Shown here piece after piece: positions 26,936 to 46,380 of a stretch of 64,000 nucleotides of DNA. Numbering within the stretch: position 1 is the first letter of the stretch; each line of letters starts with the position of its first letter. The DNA comes from the human T2T-CHM13v2.0 reference genome, Homo sapiens. Made by a program: the position numbers and the translations under genes. The stretch is from NCBI RefSeq assembly GCF_009914755.1, contig NC_060935.1. One strand, given 5' to 3'. A model generated the notes under the pieces. The model was not told where the DNA came from. It saw nothing but the letters and a program-made list of their open reading frames with translations, and did no database searches.

Positions 26936-28839
26936 CATCAACAATCAAAACATCTTTTAATTGATTTCCGCAAATGAAGGAGAATAATTCATGTGTCTGG
27001 AAAATTTCCTTATACTGGATAACCGAGGTATTTCATGTCACTTAGCAAATCTCTTAGTAAATCCATCATTTAGTGAATGCATTTTAGGTAATGGTCCCCT
27101 TAGACCTTAAAGAAGCCAACTTTTGGTAGGCTAGAAAAAAATACTTTAAAAAATTATTATTTAGGAATAATTACAACAACAGCAACAAACTTCAGTGCAA
27201 AAGTTAAACACCCCCCCCACCCCCCCCCCCACACACACAGAGAAAACAAAGATTTCATCATAACAATTTTTGGCATCGATTAGACTCTGTGCCTTGCTGT
27301 TGTCCTGGTTGTTATCCTCCAAATGTGACCCTGCTGCATGCCAAGTCATCAGAAGGCTATGAGCACCTTTGGTAAGGATGCTACTTACAGTGAGTCTGCC
27401 TCACTGTACTTGCCTCCCCAGGACCCATCTGAACTGCATATTGGCCCTACCACTCTGGGGACCATGCCAAGAGGGTGCATACCTGTGCGTGCTCATTTCT
27501 GTCTGCAGTAGTGACAGATGCATAAAGTAGTTTGCTTAGGGAATTTGCTTGGATTCTTTTCTGAATCAAAGCTGTTTCCAAAAGTTGGTTTTTATGGGCA
27601 TATCTTGCTGGGAATTGCCTTGGTGCTGTTGGTAAATAACAAAGAGAGAGCCCTGTCCTTACAATGCTTGCAGTCTTTCCAAAACAAAATTGTGCCTATG
27701 ATAGCTTTTAGGAAATCACTGGGCCTGGAGAGAAAACATTTTTATAGTATCTGGACCTCCAAGCCAAACAACAATCTGTCTTTTAAATATTACAGATGAA
27801 GCAAAAGAGTTTTCAAAAGGAACTTCAGTGTTTCCCTAACCCCCTCTCCACCAGACCCCTGACTTACATTCCCTGAGTGAAAGCTCTTGGGCACAGGCTC
27901 CTTGTTCTCCTACCCCCAATTCATATGCCATTCTCATTTATTAGTGCTCCTTTGGAAACCAGAGCTACTATGTGACCTCTGGATTTTATTTTCCTTATGT
28001 AAGTGATCAAATTATAAAACAGCTTTCTTAAAAGCTGAATGTTTGTGTTGCTATTAACTTTTAATGTTTCATGATGTGCTATGCTCCTATTTTCATCTTT
28101 GTGTAGCATTCTTAAATGTGGTTTAAAGGACTTCCACATTTCTAAATAGAAATGGCTTCTGGGGAACCTTGTAATAGGTTGCAGGTGAGAGGGATCTAAT
28201 TAACTTGCATAGATCCAGACTATTCATGGGGCTCCAGTTTTTGTTAATTCTGGTATAGGATGCCTAGAACAGAGAGTTAGGGGCTTGAAAAAACTGAAGA
28301 TTCCCATGAAGACTAATTGGAAGATACAGAGAAGAGATAGGGGAGTATCTTTATATTTCTTTTATACCTCAGCTTTCTTTAATCCTTAGGTGTGTTGTAA
28401 TAGCGCTTATCTTCATGATTGGATTGGTATTTTGAATGTCCACTTTCTGCTTTTCCCATACTTTATATTGTTTACTGGTGTTACTGATTTATATTTCTTA
28501 ACCTCCAGCTGTGTACCTGTCACTAAAGCCAGGGACCCTGACTAGTCTTAAAGGAGATAAATGAGAATCAGGATCTAGTGAGTCGATTTCAGATGGACTC
28601 CTTTTATCTGCAAGACTTCCTGCCATTTCTCAGGCTAAATGACAAAATCATAGCCTGTTGGCTCATAGGATACTTGCCATCTTGAGAGGATAACCTTTTA
28701 ACCTCTTAGTGTCTTCGGGAAGATAGGAAATTTGGTTTATATAAGAAATCATTTCCTTAAGGATAACCAAGACAGGAGGAACACAGAGAGTCCGTTTAGA
28801 TTTTATGCCCATTCTTATTTCTGTAGGTGATTATCAGAG

Positions 28840-29019
28840 CAAGGGTCAACAAAGTAAAGCCTGCCGGCTGGCTGCCTGATTTTGTAAATAAAGTTTTAAC
28901 GGAACACAGGTTTTGTCATTCAAGGGCAGAGTCTAGTAGTTGGCACAGAGACCATCTGACACACAAAGCCCAAAATATTCACAATTTGACTCTTTACAGA
29001 AAAACTTTGCTGACTTCTG
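28840..29019 (+). mobile_element. MER58A hAT-Charlie MITE
   Basis: gctgcctgattttgtaaataaagtttta...aagcccaaaatattcac...ctttacagaaaaactttgctgacttctg. Confidence 0.85.
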
Positions 29020-32000
29020 CCTTAGAATTTTACTGGTGTTTAATATTTATTAGGACCACTTATGGATGATAATTATAAATCATAAATGGAAAAGGTCTTT
29101 TTGATAAGTCCATACATCATGGTTTCTGCTTTCCCAAAAGTGGCCACACTTTTATAGATTGCTCCATGAGGATGCAGTGGTAGAAAAGGCTGAACCAAGT
29201 TTGCATGTGGATAGCTATGCTCAGTCTTAGTTCAGGGGGACATTCTAAAACCCCTCTTCTTGTCTCCCACTCAACTTAGTATCGAGTGGGATTTCACATC
29301 AAAGTTCTTGTCCTGAAGGATTCAGCAGTTCCAGAAGACATGGCAAGAATCAGCTCTCAGTCAGCTTTTCAACTCCTTGATGGGGGGGTTAAGAGTAGAG
29401 AGAACTATCCATCATAACTAAATCTTTACTAATAATTTAAATTCTACAGATTCCAGGACTATGGCATCTTGACTCAGTAAATCTTTCTTGCCTTTCCTTT
29501 TTTTAAAACAAGGGAAAAATATACAAACAGATTAAAGTGCACTTACAAACCCAGCTGGCTTGTTTTAAGCTCCCAAAGGAACACTTGATTCCCAATTATA
29601 CTATTTTTCCTTTTTATCAAATTGCTAAGAAACAGTAACTCAATTGATTTTAATGATTTCTATCACACATAGCCTTTAAGACTAGTAATAGGTTTATTAT
29701 GCTCAGTCATAATGATGATATTTTACTTCTATGAATGGTATTTTTAGCAGGGCTCATAAAATACCCAGTTTGATTTTGTTTATTAACTTTCTCATTTTCC
29801 ATTAGCGGATGTTTTCCTGTCTCAGATAATTCTCCTGCCTGTTGATATTACACTATTCAATAGAAATGTGTGTTTCAAAAGAACAGACCACATACTCTTT
29901 CAGGTTTGGATTGGATGCTTTTATTTAAATACTTCCCAAAGAATAATTCTTCAGTTTTTTGTCAAATACCACTTTTAATGTTGTAACTTGACTATCACTT
30001 GAATATCACTTCGAATTTAACTCTTAATTTTGGTGGCTTGCTATTTAGTAGTTTCATATTGCTGAGAGCCTAAACATTAATAGGTAATTTTTTTCTATTT
30101 TTTGATAAGAAAATATTCAGTTTCCATTTATTCAGTTTTTATTGTCTGCAAAATTAGAGAAGATGTCTGGTTCTGTATTAGGAGGTTTTAATTTGTTGTT
30201 TAAATATCTATTGAGCCTCTTTCAGTCTGTTTGTGCAGTGATCTAAGCCTGCATAAGGCATCTGAATTATTTTTTCAGCTTCCCCCTGTTTTATTGGCAA
30301 GTGACCGTGTGTATGGTAATTGAGCAATTGTGTGCTTACATGGATTTATGAAATTTGCATGAGCAACTTTTAGAGATCTTACATTTTTGTCTCTAAGCAG
30401 ACTTGAAGAGGAAGCTTTCTGAAATATTGTCTTTTGCTTAAAATTATATTTTTGCTTTTTATTGAGAGACAATCGACCTCAAAACATTGAAGATTTGTTT
30501 CCCTTTCCTCTTGGCTATATCTTCTGTTTTTGTTCTCTTGAGGACTGAGTCAACTCTCCGTCTCTAAGTGGGGTAGGTGAAATGCTAAGGCAAGGGATAG
30601 GTCATGGGCTCAGCCCCAGGTAGAGGAACAGGCAGCGAGCTGAGCCCTCATAGCTCCTCCTGATGCTCAGCTGCTATTTTTTCCTCCCTGTTTGACAAAT
30701 GAAGACACTGACATTTAGACAGTGAGAGATCCTTTGTCTGAATCAGCCAACAAGTGTGATGGAACAAAGTTGCGAACGCAGGTCTGACTGGCATTACAGG
30801 CTGTGAGCTGTACCTGGTGCCCCTTTGTCTGTAAGTGAGCAAACCTTTAAGTAATGTATTACTGGGCTCTCTGGTCAACTTTTTTTGACTGTGCCATCAG
30901 GGAGACGCACATGTCTCAGGGAGTTTCCTTTGCCTATACTCCACAAGTCTTTGGAGTACATCTAGTTCTCCTTCCAATGACCAGTGAGAAAGACAAGTTT
31001 GCTTTCTTTATTTCACAACCTCTTTCCACAACAATTTTTCTCCTTGTTCAAGTTCCAACTCACTTATTCCTGAAATGGGCTCTACTAGCCCCTGGATGTT
31101 TTGCCTGCCACTTCAAATTCTATTTCTGCCCCTGTTTCTTGCTCATACTTCGCTGAGCCTCCTTCACTTTTTCAGTGCCTGGAGCAACTTTTGATGGAAA
31201 AGTGCTTGTGTTGAATTTGGGCCCCTCTAGGTTGAGCCAAACTCCATCTTGAAGCTATAGTTCCTTTTCAGTAACTGACAGCATCTGTGAAGGCCCTATG
31301 AAGGGAATGGGGTTAAAGGGCCTTTGAAGAGGAGAACTGTGGCAGGGCACATAGGATGGAGGAGACAGGAGAGAGTTCTTTCAAAGGAGGTGAGTGCTTG
31401 ACCAGAGGCTGAGGGCAGGAAGCAAGGGTGTATAAGTGTCTATAAATGTTGTGTTGGGTGTAGAAGGGGGTGTAGTAAGAGGAACAAAAGGCTGAAAAGA
31501 AGGCTGAAGGTGGGATGTAGAGCCTGGAATGTGAACATGGCTTTGGACTTTCTTCTTTTTTTCAGCAAAGAGCTGCTGGGACTTGGTGGCAGGGAAGACT
31601 TTGCCTTGTATTGTGGCTGGCACAGTCTATCAGTAGATATTCGTTGCATGGCTAGTGGTCAAATCAGTTGTCTTGCAAGGGACGTTGACCAGACTAGAGG
31701 TAAATGACTGGAGGCAGCATCACTGAATAGGATATTAGTGTTATTCATTCTTCCCCCTTCTCTATGTCTGTCACTCAAAGGAAACTTGAGATTCACTAAA
31801 GGACAATGGCTCTGGAATCATATTTCTATTTGATGTGTTTACACTAAAAGCATTTCATTTATATTTAGGAGAAATAATAGCAAAGACTGTATGGAGTATA
31901 GGCAGAGGAAAATCTCTGAGACATGCCTATCTCTCTTCCTCTCTTCCTGTCTTTAGTGTGTCCTGAGACAATAATCAGCAAAATACACTGGACAGCCATG

Positions 32001-32262
32001 GATTCCTCCAAGTCAGTACTTTGCAAGCTGAGTTATGACCCTATACACGGATCATGCCATGAAGTTAGTCGGTTGCAAAGAGCATTGGAAATGACACATA
32101 ATAAAATATAAAACAGCTCATTGCATTGCCATCATAAAGGTCAGTTTTGTGACATAAAATATATTTCTTATTGTGAGTCATGAAGAAGTTTGAAAAACAA
32201 GGGTGAAAGGAAAAGGATCTCATTACTTTGGAATACTATAAATCTATCTTTAGCTCTGCGTG

Positions 32263-32389
32263 TAAGGAGATCATGTAATTTATCATCCACGATGTGTTTC
32301 TGAGGGAAAGGGCTACCTCTTAATAATTATATCACAACAACTGGTGTAACCACACTGCCTCACGCTAATTAGGAAATATGGTCACTTTG
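32263..32389. mobile_element. MER81-like hAT-Blackjack MITE
   Basis: gatcatgtaatttatcatcca...gagggaaaggg...taataattat...atatggtcact. Confidence 0.65.
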
Positions 32390-32391
32390 CC

Positions 32392-32809
32392 TGTTTTAGT
32401 CAGGGTTCTCCAGAGAATATGAATATATTCTCAGCATCCGTATCTACCTATATCTGAATCTATGTCTGTAGAGAGAGGGTGGGGAGGGGGATTTAATTTA
32501 AAGAATTGGCTCACATGATTGTGGAGCTGGAGAAGCAGGCCAGCAGGCTGGCCAATCAGGTAAGAGTTTATGTTACAGTCTTGAGGATTCCTTCTTCTTT
32601 GGGAAACCTCAGTTGTTACTCTTAAGATCTTCAACTGATTAGATAAGGCCCACCTGCATTTTGAAAAACAATCTGCTTTACCCTTAGTCTACTGATTGTA
32701 AATATTAATCATGTCTAAAATATACCTTCACAGTAATATCTAGACTAGTGTTTGATCCAACAAGTGGGTCTCATGGCCTAGCCAAATTGTCATATAAAAT
32801 TAACCATTA
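32392..32809 (-). mobile_element. MLT2D-like ERVL solo LTR
   Basis: ttagtcagggttctccagagaa...aagaattggctcacatgattgtggag...cctagccaaattgtcatataaaattaaccat. Confidence 0.88.
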
Positions 32810-33699
32810 AACCATTTAAAGAGGACAAATGGAGGGTGGACACCTACAAAGGTTTTGTTTTGTTTTGTTTTGTTTTTTGCTTTGTTTTGTTTTTTTATTG
32901 TCCAAAGGCCTTTGCTGAAGCTGACCCATTCTTCCTGATTGCTTTGGCACTGTTTGCTTTCATTCATAGTAATAGCTATGAACTTGTTAAATATTGCTGT
33001 TGTGACCTTGTGGTTTCTTAAAATAATAATTAACAAAAAGGGGTTGATGTCTCACTTTGCTAATTTTGATAGTTTTTGAATTAGATGTGAATTATACCTG
33101 CTTATTTTTATTCAAAGCTGTTTTAATATTTTACATAATGTTTTTATGAAATGACTGGAGGAGAATGCTTCAGAATAGCTTGTCTGCCAAGGCTACAGTG
33201 GTTCTCCTATGGACCTTGCCACAACAATAACTTTATAATTACTCAACAACTTGCTATTTCTCTTGCTCCAGAATAAACCATGAAGGGTTTGTAAAATGGC
33301 CAGAGAATTTGTGAATGCTTTGATTCTTGGGAAGCTGCAAGGACTGACCACTGATCACTATTGCAGTCTAGTAGTAGACTGCAATAGAGTGGCTGCTATA
33401 TCCCAGCAGAAATTTAATTTTGGCCTTGTGAAGATATTTGAAGAAGGAGGAAGAACTCTGCAAATTTCCATGCTGAAAAATGTCAAAGTGAAACATTTAT
33501 CACTTCTTTTTTATTGACATGATATTCAACCTGATGTTCACCTCCTTACGTTTTGAATTTTTTTCTACTTTTGGAAGGATTACTTGCTGATTATAGAAAC
33601 TATAACTTGGAAAACACTGAAGACATATGAAGGAGAATAAATTGAAAATGATGACTATGATCAGATTGTAATGTGATTATTAACTTTTTAGCATTTCCT

Positions 33700-34025
33700 T
33701 CCCCTCTCCTTTCTGTGATTTTTTTTAAGTAACAGAGATTGCATTGATTACATACTTTTATGTCTTGCATTTTTGTCTGGTGACTTAACAACACTTTCCA
33801 ATGACAATAATCACCCTTTATAAATGTTATGTTTATTGTCTGTACAATATTTCATCATATGGATGTGTCACATTTAACTTGTTTTGAGTTATTTCTTTTT
33901 GGAATCTTTGGGTTTTTTTCCATTTCTTTTCCATTGTAGTAAATAATGCTGTAGTGAACAGCTCTGTGAATGAAGCTTTTCTGTTTCTTCAGAGTGATTT
34001 TTTAAAAAGGTATTTTTCTGGTCGC
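33700..34025 (-). mobile_element. Old L1ME fragment
   Basis: aatatttcatcatatggatgtgtcacattta...taaataatgctgtagtgaaca. Confidence 0.6.
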
Positions 34026-34395
34026 TTTTGAATTCTAGGATTATAGCATTTTCAATGGGCCCTACATGCTTTGGGTCCTGAGATTGGTCAGAGAGGGCCC
34101 AAAGATCAGCAAACCCTGAAGATCTTCACGGAAGGCTGAGCTACTTGCAAAGTAGCAACAAAAAGCCACTTCCTTTTTCTTATTTTTTTTAATTTTTATA
34201 CTTAAGTTCTGGGATACACGTACAGAACGTGCAGGTTTGTTACATAGGTATACATGTGCCATGGTGGTTTGCTGCACCCATCAACCCGTCATCTACATTA
34301 GGTATTTTTCCTAATGCTATCCCTCCCCTTGCCCCCACCCCCAACAGGCTCCAGTGTATGATATTCCCCTCTCTGTGCCTAGATGTTCTCATTGT

Positions 34396-38213
<3,818 letters not shown>

Positions 38214-38276
38214 TGCATTGCTAGCTGATTATTTTGCCCATTAGTTGATGCAGTTTCTTCATAGTGTTGATGGTCT

Positions 38277-39251
38277 TTACATTTTGGTATGATTTTGCAG
38301 TTGCTGGTACTGGTTTTTCCTCTCCATATTTAGTGCTGCCTTCAGGAGCTCTTGTAAGGCAGGCCTGGTGGTAACAAGATCCCTCAGCATTAGCTTGTCT
38401 GTAAAGGATTTTATTTCTCCTTTATGTGTGAAGCTTTGTTTGGCTGGATATGAAATTCTGGGTGGAAAATTCTTTTAAGAATGTTGAATATTGGCCCTCA
38501 CTCTCTTCTGGCTTGTAAGGTTTCTGCAGAGAGATCTGCTTTTAGTATGATGGGCTTCCCTTTGTGGGTAACCCAACCTTTCTCTCTGGCTGCCCTTAAC
38601 ATTTTTTCCTTCATTTCAATCTTGGTGAATCTGATGATTATGTGTTTTAGGGTTGCTCTTCTCAAGGAGTATCTTTGTGGTGTTCTCTCTATTTCCTGAA
38701 TTTGAATGTTGGCCTGTCTTGCTAGGTTGGTGAAGTTCTCTGAGATAATATCCTGAAGTGTGTTTTCCAACTTGGTTCCATTCTCCCCATCACTTTCAGG
38801 TATACTAATCAAAGGTAGGTTTGGTCTTTTCACATAGTCCCATATTTCATGGAGGTTTTGTTCATTCCTTTTCATTCTTTATTCTCTAATCTTGTCTTCA
38901 CACTTTATTTCATTAAGTTGATCTTCAATCTCTGATATTCTTTCTTCACTTGATCAATTCAGCTATTGATACTTGTGTGTGCTTCACAAAGTCCTCATGC
39001 TGTGTTTTGCAGCTCCCTCAGGTCATTTATGTTCTTCTCTAGACTGGTTATTCCAGTTAGCAGTTCTTGCAACCTCTTATCAATGTTCTTAGCTTCCTTG
39101 CATTGGGTTCTGAAGCCTACTTCTGTCAATTCGTCAAACTCATTCTCCACCTAGTTTTGTTCCCTTGCTGGCGAGGAGTTGTGATCCTTTGGAGGAGAAG
39201 AGGCATTCTGGTTTTTGGAATTTTCCGCCTTTTGCACTGTTTTTTCCTTAT
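38277..39251 (-). pseudogene. L1 ORF1p remnant
   Basis: MKRNEQNLHEIWDYVKRPNL...KADLSAETLQARRE (38498-38875); canonical start codon reads ATA; internal deletion near 39110. Confidence 0.88.
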
Positions 39252-39309
39252 CTTCATGGATTTGTCTACCTTTGGTCTTTGATTTTGGTGGCCTTTGGAT
39301 GGGGTTTTT

Positions 39310-41227
<1,918 letters not shown>

Positions 41228-41239
41228 GATGGGGTTTTT

Positions 41240-42492
41240 GAGTGGTCCTCCTTTTTGTTGATGTTCATGCTATAGCTTTCTGTTTGTTAGTTTTTCTTCT
41301 AACAGTCAGGCCCCTCTTCTGCAGGTCTGCTGGAGTTTGCTGGAGGCGTACTCCAGACCCTGTTTGCCTGAGTGTCACCAGTGGAGGCTGCAGAACAGCA
41401 AAGAATGCTGCCTGCTCCTTACTTTGGAAGATTTGTTCCAGAGGGTCACCTACCAGATGCCAGCCAGAGCTCTCCTGTATGAGGTGTCTCCCTGTCAGGA
41501 GGCACGGGGTCAGGGACCCACTTGAGGAGGCAGCCTGTCCCTTAGCTCGAGCACTGTGCTGGGAGATCTGCTGCCCTCTTCAGAGCCGGTAGGGAGGAAC
41601 GTTTAAGTCTGCTGAAGCTGTGCCCATAGCTGCCCCTTTCCTCAGGTGCTCTGTCCCAGGGAGATAGGAGTTTTATCTATAAGCCCCTAACTGGGGCTGC
41701 TGCCTTTCTTTCAGAGATGCCCTGCCCAGAGAGGAGGAATCTAGAGAGGCAGTCTGGCTACAGAGGCTTTGCGGCACTACGTTGGGCTCTGTCCAGTCTG
41801 AACTTTGCAGCAGCTTTATTTACACCGTGAAGGGAAAACCACCTACTGAAGCCTCAGTAATGATGGATGCCCCTCCCTCCATCAAGCTCAAGTGTCCCGG
41901 GTGGACTTCAAACTGCTGTGCTGACAGCGAGAATTTCAAGGCAGTGGATCTTAGTTTGTTGGCCCCATGGGGGTAGGATCCACTGAACAAGACCACTTGG
42001 CTCCCTGGCTTCAGCTGCCTTTCCAGGGGAGTGAACGGTTCTGTCTCACTGGCATTCCAGGCACCACTGGGGTATGAAAAAAAACTCCTGCTGCTAACTC
42101 GGTGTCTGCCCAAATGGCCGCCCAGCTTTGTCTTGAAACCCAGGGCCCTAATGGTGTAGGCACCCAAGGGAACCTCCTGGTCTGCAGGTTGCAAAGACAG
42201 TGGGCAAAGCGTAGTATCTAGGCTGGATAGCTCTGTCCCTCATGGCACAGTCCCTCACGGCTTTCCTTGGCTAAGGGAGGGAGTTCCCTGACCCCTTCTA
42301 CTTCCTGGGTGAGGCGATGCCCCACCCTACTTTTGCTCACCCTCCGTGGGCTGCACCCACTATGTAACCAGTCCCAATGAGATGAGCCAAATACCTCAGT
42401 TGGAAATGCAGAAATCACCCGCTTTATGCATTGGTCTCACCGGGAGCTGCAGACCAGAGCTGTTCTTATTCGGCCATCTTGCCCAGGAATCG
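41240..42492 (-). promoter_or_regulatory. L1PA7 5'UTR (internal sense promoter; antisense promoter pointing to the plus strand)
   Basis: GC-richer L1 5'UTR with YY1 site retained, but CpGs are heavily decayed; activity unknown. Confidence 0.7.
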
Positions 42493-42522
42493 AAAAGCCA
42501 CTTCTTAAAAAGAGCCATCACT

Positions 42523-42835
<313 letters not shown>

Positions 42836-43399
42836 TCACTGTGGATTGAGAGGGTTGAACTTCAGAGGATGCTGATCAGAGGAGAAGAGTGTCTCATCTC
42901 ATAATGGATTAACTATGGCTTAGTTAATCCACCATGAGGCTAGTGGATCCAGCACTCAAAGAACTCCTAGTCCGGGAAAGTAAGGTAGTAGTGAAATGGA
43001 AATTGCCTTGCTTGGGGTGTTCATGTTCCTCATTGACAGTGACCCCTAGCAAGGAGGATGAAGGCAGACTGTTGCTATCTTAGAATCTCCCATGTACAGC
43101 TGTTTACATCATTTCTACTCACAGCCAAAGTATAAAAAGGGCGCATGTCTTACATAGTTCTGTTTACTCTTTAAAATAAATCAGTGGTAAATATGCTCTT
43201 CATCCATTAGTCTGAAGAATCCTCAGATTGCCATATTTCTGCATAAAATGTGGTGAGGCAAGCTTGTCCTCACCCCTGAGAGGTGTCATTACTCTAGAAA
43301 CCTCTGATCAGGATGAAAGTGGGATTTAGGGGACTGAAATATCTCCTGCACCTGACATTTTCCAGTCTAGCAACTTTGGTGCTGGTTCAGTGTTGGTTC

Positions 43400-43620
43400 T
43401 AGAGCAGGCAGATCTCAACTGAAAGTCATCTGCCACTACTGATTAGCTGTGAGGACAGCTGCTTGACCTCACTAGGCCCATTTCCTCCTCTGTGGCATGG
43501 ATATGTAATGCCTGCTTCACAGAGTTGTTTGAGGATTGGATAAAGATAATGTACTTATAGTAGTTTGCACATTACTTGACATGTAGCAAGTTTCATTAAA
43601 TGCAGGTGTTTATTTTTATT
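43400..43620 (+). mobile_element. MIR
   Basis: ctgccactactgattagctgtga...tttcctcctctgt...cttcacagagttgtttgaggatt. Confidence 0.75.
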
Positions 43621-43693
43621 AATGTATTGGGCCCATATGATCTGAAAATCAGTGTCCTCATATATGAAATTTCAGTGCAACATTGGGTGACTC

Positions 43694-44113
43694 TGTCATG
43701 CTGAATGTGTATCAACTCCAATGGGAATGGAACCACGTTCAGCTGGCTGAAGAAGAGACCTAAAGACATGGGATTTTATTAGGGGCTTGCATACAGTGGG
43801 AAGAGTTCCGTGGTGGCAGGCTGGGCAGAAAAACCACAACTGCTTGCAAACAGCATGGAGTTTATATAGCATTTTCACCTATATCCTCCCCCTTAATGAC
43901 CTCCACCTGGCAAGAGTGATTTAATTCAAAACTCAGGACCTCAAGCCCCTGTGCAGCCTGTGTTCCATGGGACTGGACAGGGGCTCAGATGTTGCTCATA
44001 GACAAGGAATGGATCTCCTGATTCCCTAGCTCAGAACTCACATTCAGGGATGTCTGCCAGAGTCATTCTCAGGGTATGCTTAAGCTATTGCTATCAGGTG
44101 CATTTACCATACA
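43694..44113 (-). mobile_element. LTR47-like ERVL solo LTR
   Basis: TG...CA termini; gtcattctcagggtatgcttaagctattgctatcaggtgcatttaccataca matches the reverse complement of the LTR47 5' end; ttttatt poly(A) signal. Confidence 0.8.
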
Positions 44114-44254
44114 GGCTTTTCCCTGATGTCTTTTCTGTGACCACTACTAACTGGTGTTAGAATAACAAGACACAGCTAGAGGTGATATGATAATACAGCT
44201 CTTAAAGACTTTATTCATTAGGACCCTCCCTCTCTTCTTATTTCTTCACATTTT

Positions 44255-44674
44255 CTTTTATTTATCCTTCCTTCCTTCCTTCCTTCCTTCCTTCCTTCCT
44301 TCCTTCCTTCCTTCCTTCCTTCCTTCCTTTCTCTTTCTTTCTTTCCCTTCCTTCCTTCCTTTCTTTATTCTTTCTCTTTTTTTTTTTTTTTGAAACAGTG
44401 TCTTGTTCTATTGCACAGGCTGGAGTACAGTGGTGCCATCTTGGCTCATTGCGACCTCTGCCCCTGGGTTCAAGCAATTCTCATGCCTCAGCCACTTGAG
44501 TAGCTGGAATTAAAGGTGTGTGCCACCACACCCAGCTCTAATTGTTGTATTTTTAGTAGAGAGGGTGTTTCACTGTGTTGGCCAAGCTGGTCTTGAACTC
44601 CCAACCTCAGGTGATCCACCTGCCTCGGCCTCCCAAAGTGCTGGGATTTCAGGTGTGAGCCACTGTGCCCAGCC
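44255..44674 (-). mobile_element. AluS/J with (TTCC)n microsatellite in its tail
   Basis: TSD tcttcacatttt (44243-44254) / tcttcgcatttt (44675-44686) encloses both the Alu and the (CCTT)n array. Confidence 0.93.
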
Positions 44675-44897
44675 TCTTCGCATTTTCATTACCTATTCTG
44701 TGTCTAGTACCCTGGTAAGTGCTGGAGATATTAAGTTAAACACCATTCGTAATGTTAAATCATCCATGTGGCCAATTAGTTGTCACGTTACTAACATATA
44801 TACACATGAATTAAAGCACATGTGATGATGCTCTCTCATTCATCTGTGCACATCCTAACAATTCACAGGCCAGAAGGGCTCTTTATTCTCTCTTTAG

Positions 44898-45262
<365 letters not shown>

Positions 45263-46164
45263 TGATACCCAAAGTCCTGTTTGCCTTGCTACAGATCCCT
45301 TTGTTAAGGGACAGGTTTCTACCCTGTAGACTTCAGACACTCAGCTCAGTATCATTCCAAGGACCTAGCTCTTCCACTGGTCCATAGCGCCAGTACCTAG
45401 CACTGTTTCTTCAGTGGTTTGGTTGGCATCAGGGACCACTCTTCTTATGTGCAAATATGAAAATCTTCATCTCAGATCCTAAAGCAAGGTCTCATCAAGA
45501 CAAGCCTCTGGCTCGATGCCCTGTGCCAGCTTTGGGGTCCATCTGTTCCATTTTGAACTCTGAGTTTCCAATTTCTGACAGGCCCACTTTGATATTCTGG
45601 TTCCTGCTCTGTGTTGTTTTGCTTCCTGAGTACAAGCCAGGGTGGTGTGACGTGTTGCACAGCAGCCCCAGAAAGAAATATCAAGATAAGACATACTGAT
45701 TTATTTTACACTTGCCATGGAAGCCTCTAGAAATTTTAGTCTTCCATGAAAAAGTTTTATGACATTTTCCTAGTGCTGTCTCAAGCCCTGTCTTTGGATG
45801 TTTAGTTAATATTTATGCTGGCATTCTCATCAATTGATTGATCCCTGAGTAGTAATAGCAATGACATTTATTCAATGTGTTGTGATTTTTTATTTCTGTC
45901 TCCAGTGAGACAGAAATAGGATGAAATCTTGAAATCTTATTTACCTAAATAATGTTCTAAGCAGGCAGCAAATAAACTCTCATCCTTCTTTTGAAGGATG
46001 CAAGGGGCTTGAAAAGCAACATGTGAAATATTTAAGCTACTCTTAACATCTTGTGGAATATCAGAGTTGAATATGTTTTGGTAGTAATTTAACCCACCTT
46101 CATTCATTTTAAACGTGAGAAAAGGCCAAGTTAGTTTTTGCCCAGTATTAATTACACAGTATTA

Positions 46165-46380
46165 ATTGTCAGCAGAAGAGCCGAATTCAAATCCATCTCT
46201 CCTTATTCGCTGCATGACCTTGGGCAAGCTATTTAACTTCTCTAAGCTTATGTGTCCTCATCTGTATTAAAGGGGGAAATTATCTCAATCTAGTTTATAG
46301 AGCTATTTTAAGTAAACAAAATGAGGTTGCCAGTGATTAGTACACTTGAAATATACACTCAATAAACATTGTTATGATGG
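46165..46380 (+). mobile_element. MIR
   Basis: catgaccttgggcaagctatttaacttctctaagctt...cctcatctgta...actcaataaacattgtta. Confidence 0.8.

Noticed and set aside
32010-32200. Possible MER119/Charlie-type DNA transposon relic
   Set aside because: Similarity too weak to assign by eye
34140-34156. 7-bp hairpin gctactt-gca-aagtagc beside the L1 TSD
   Set aside because: Stems of this length are expected by chance in 64 kb
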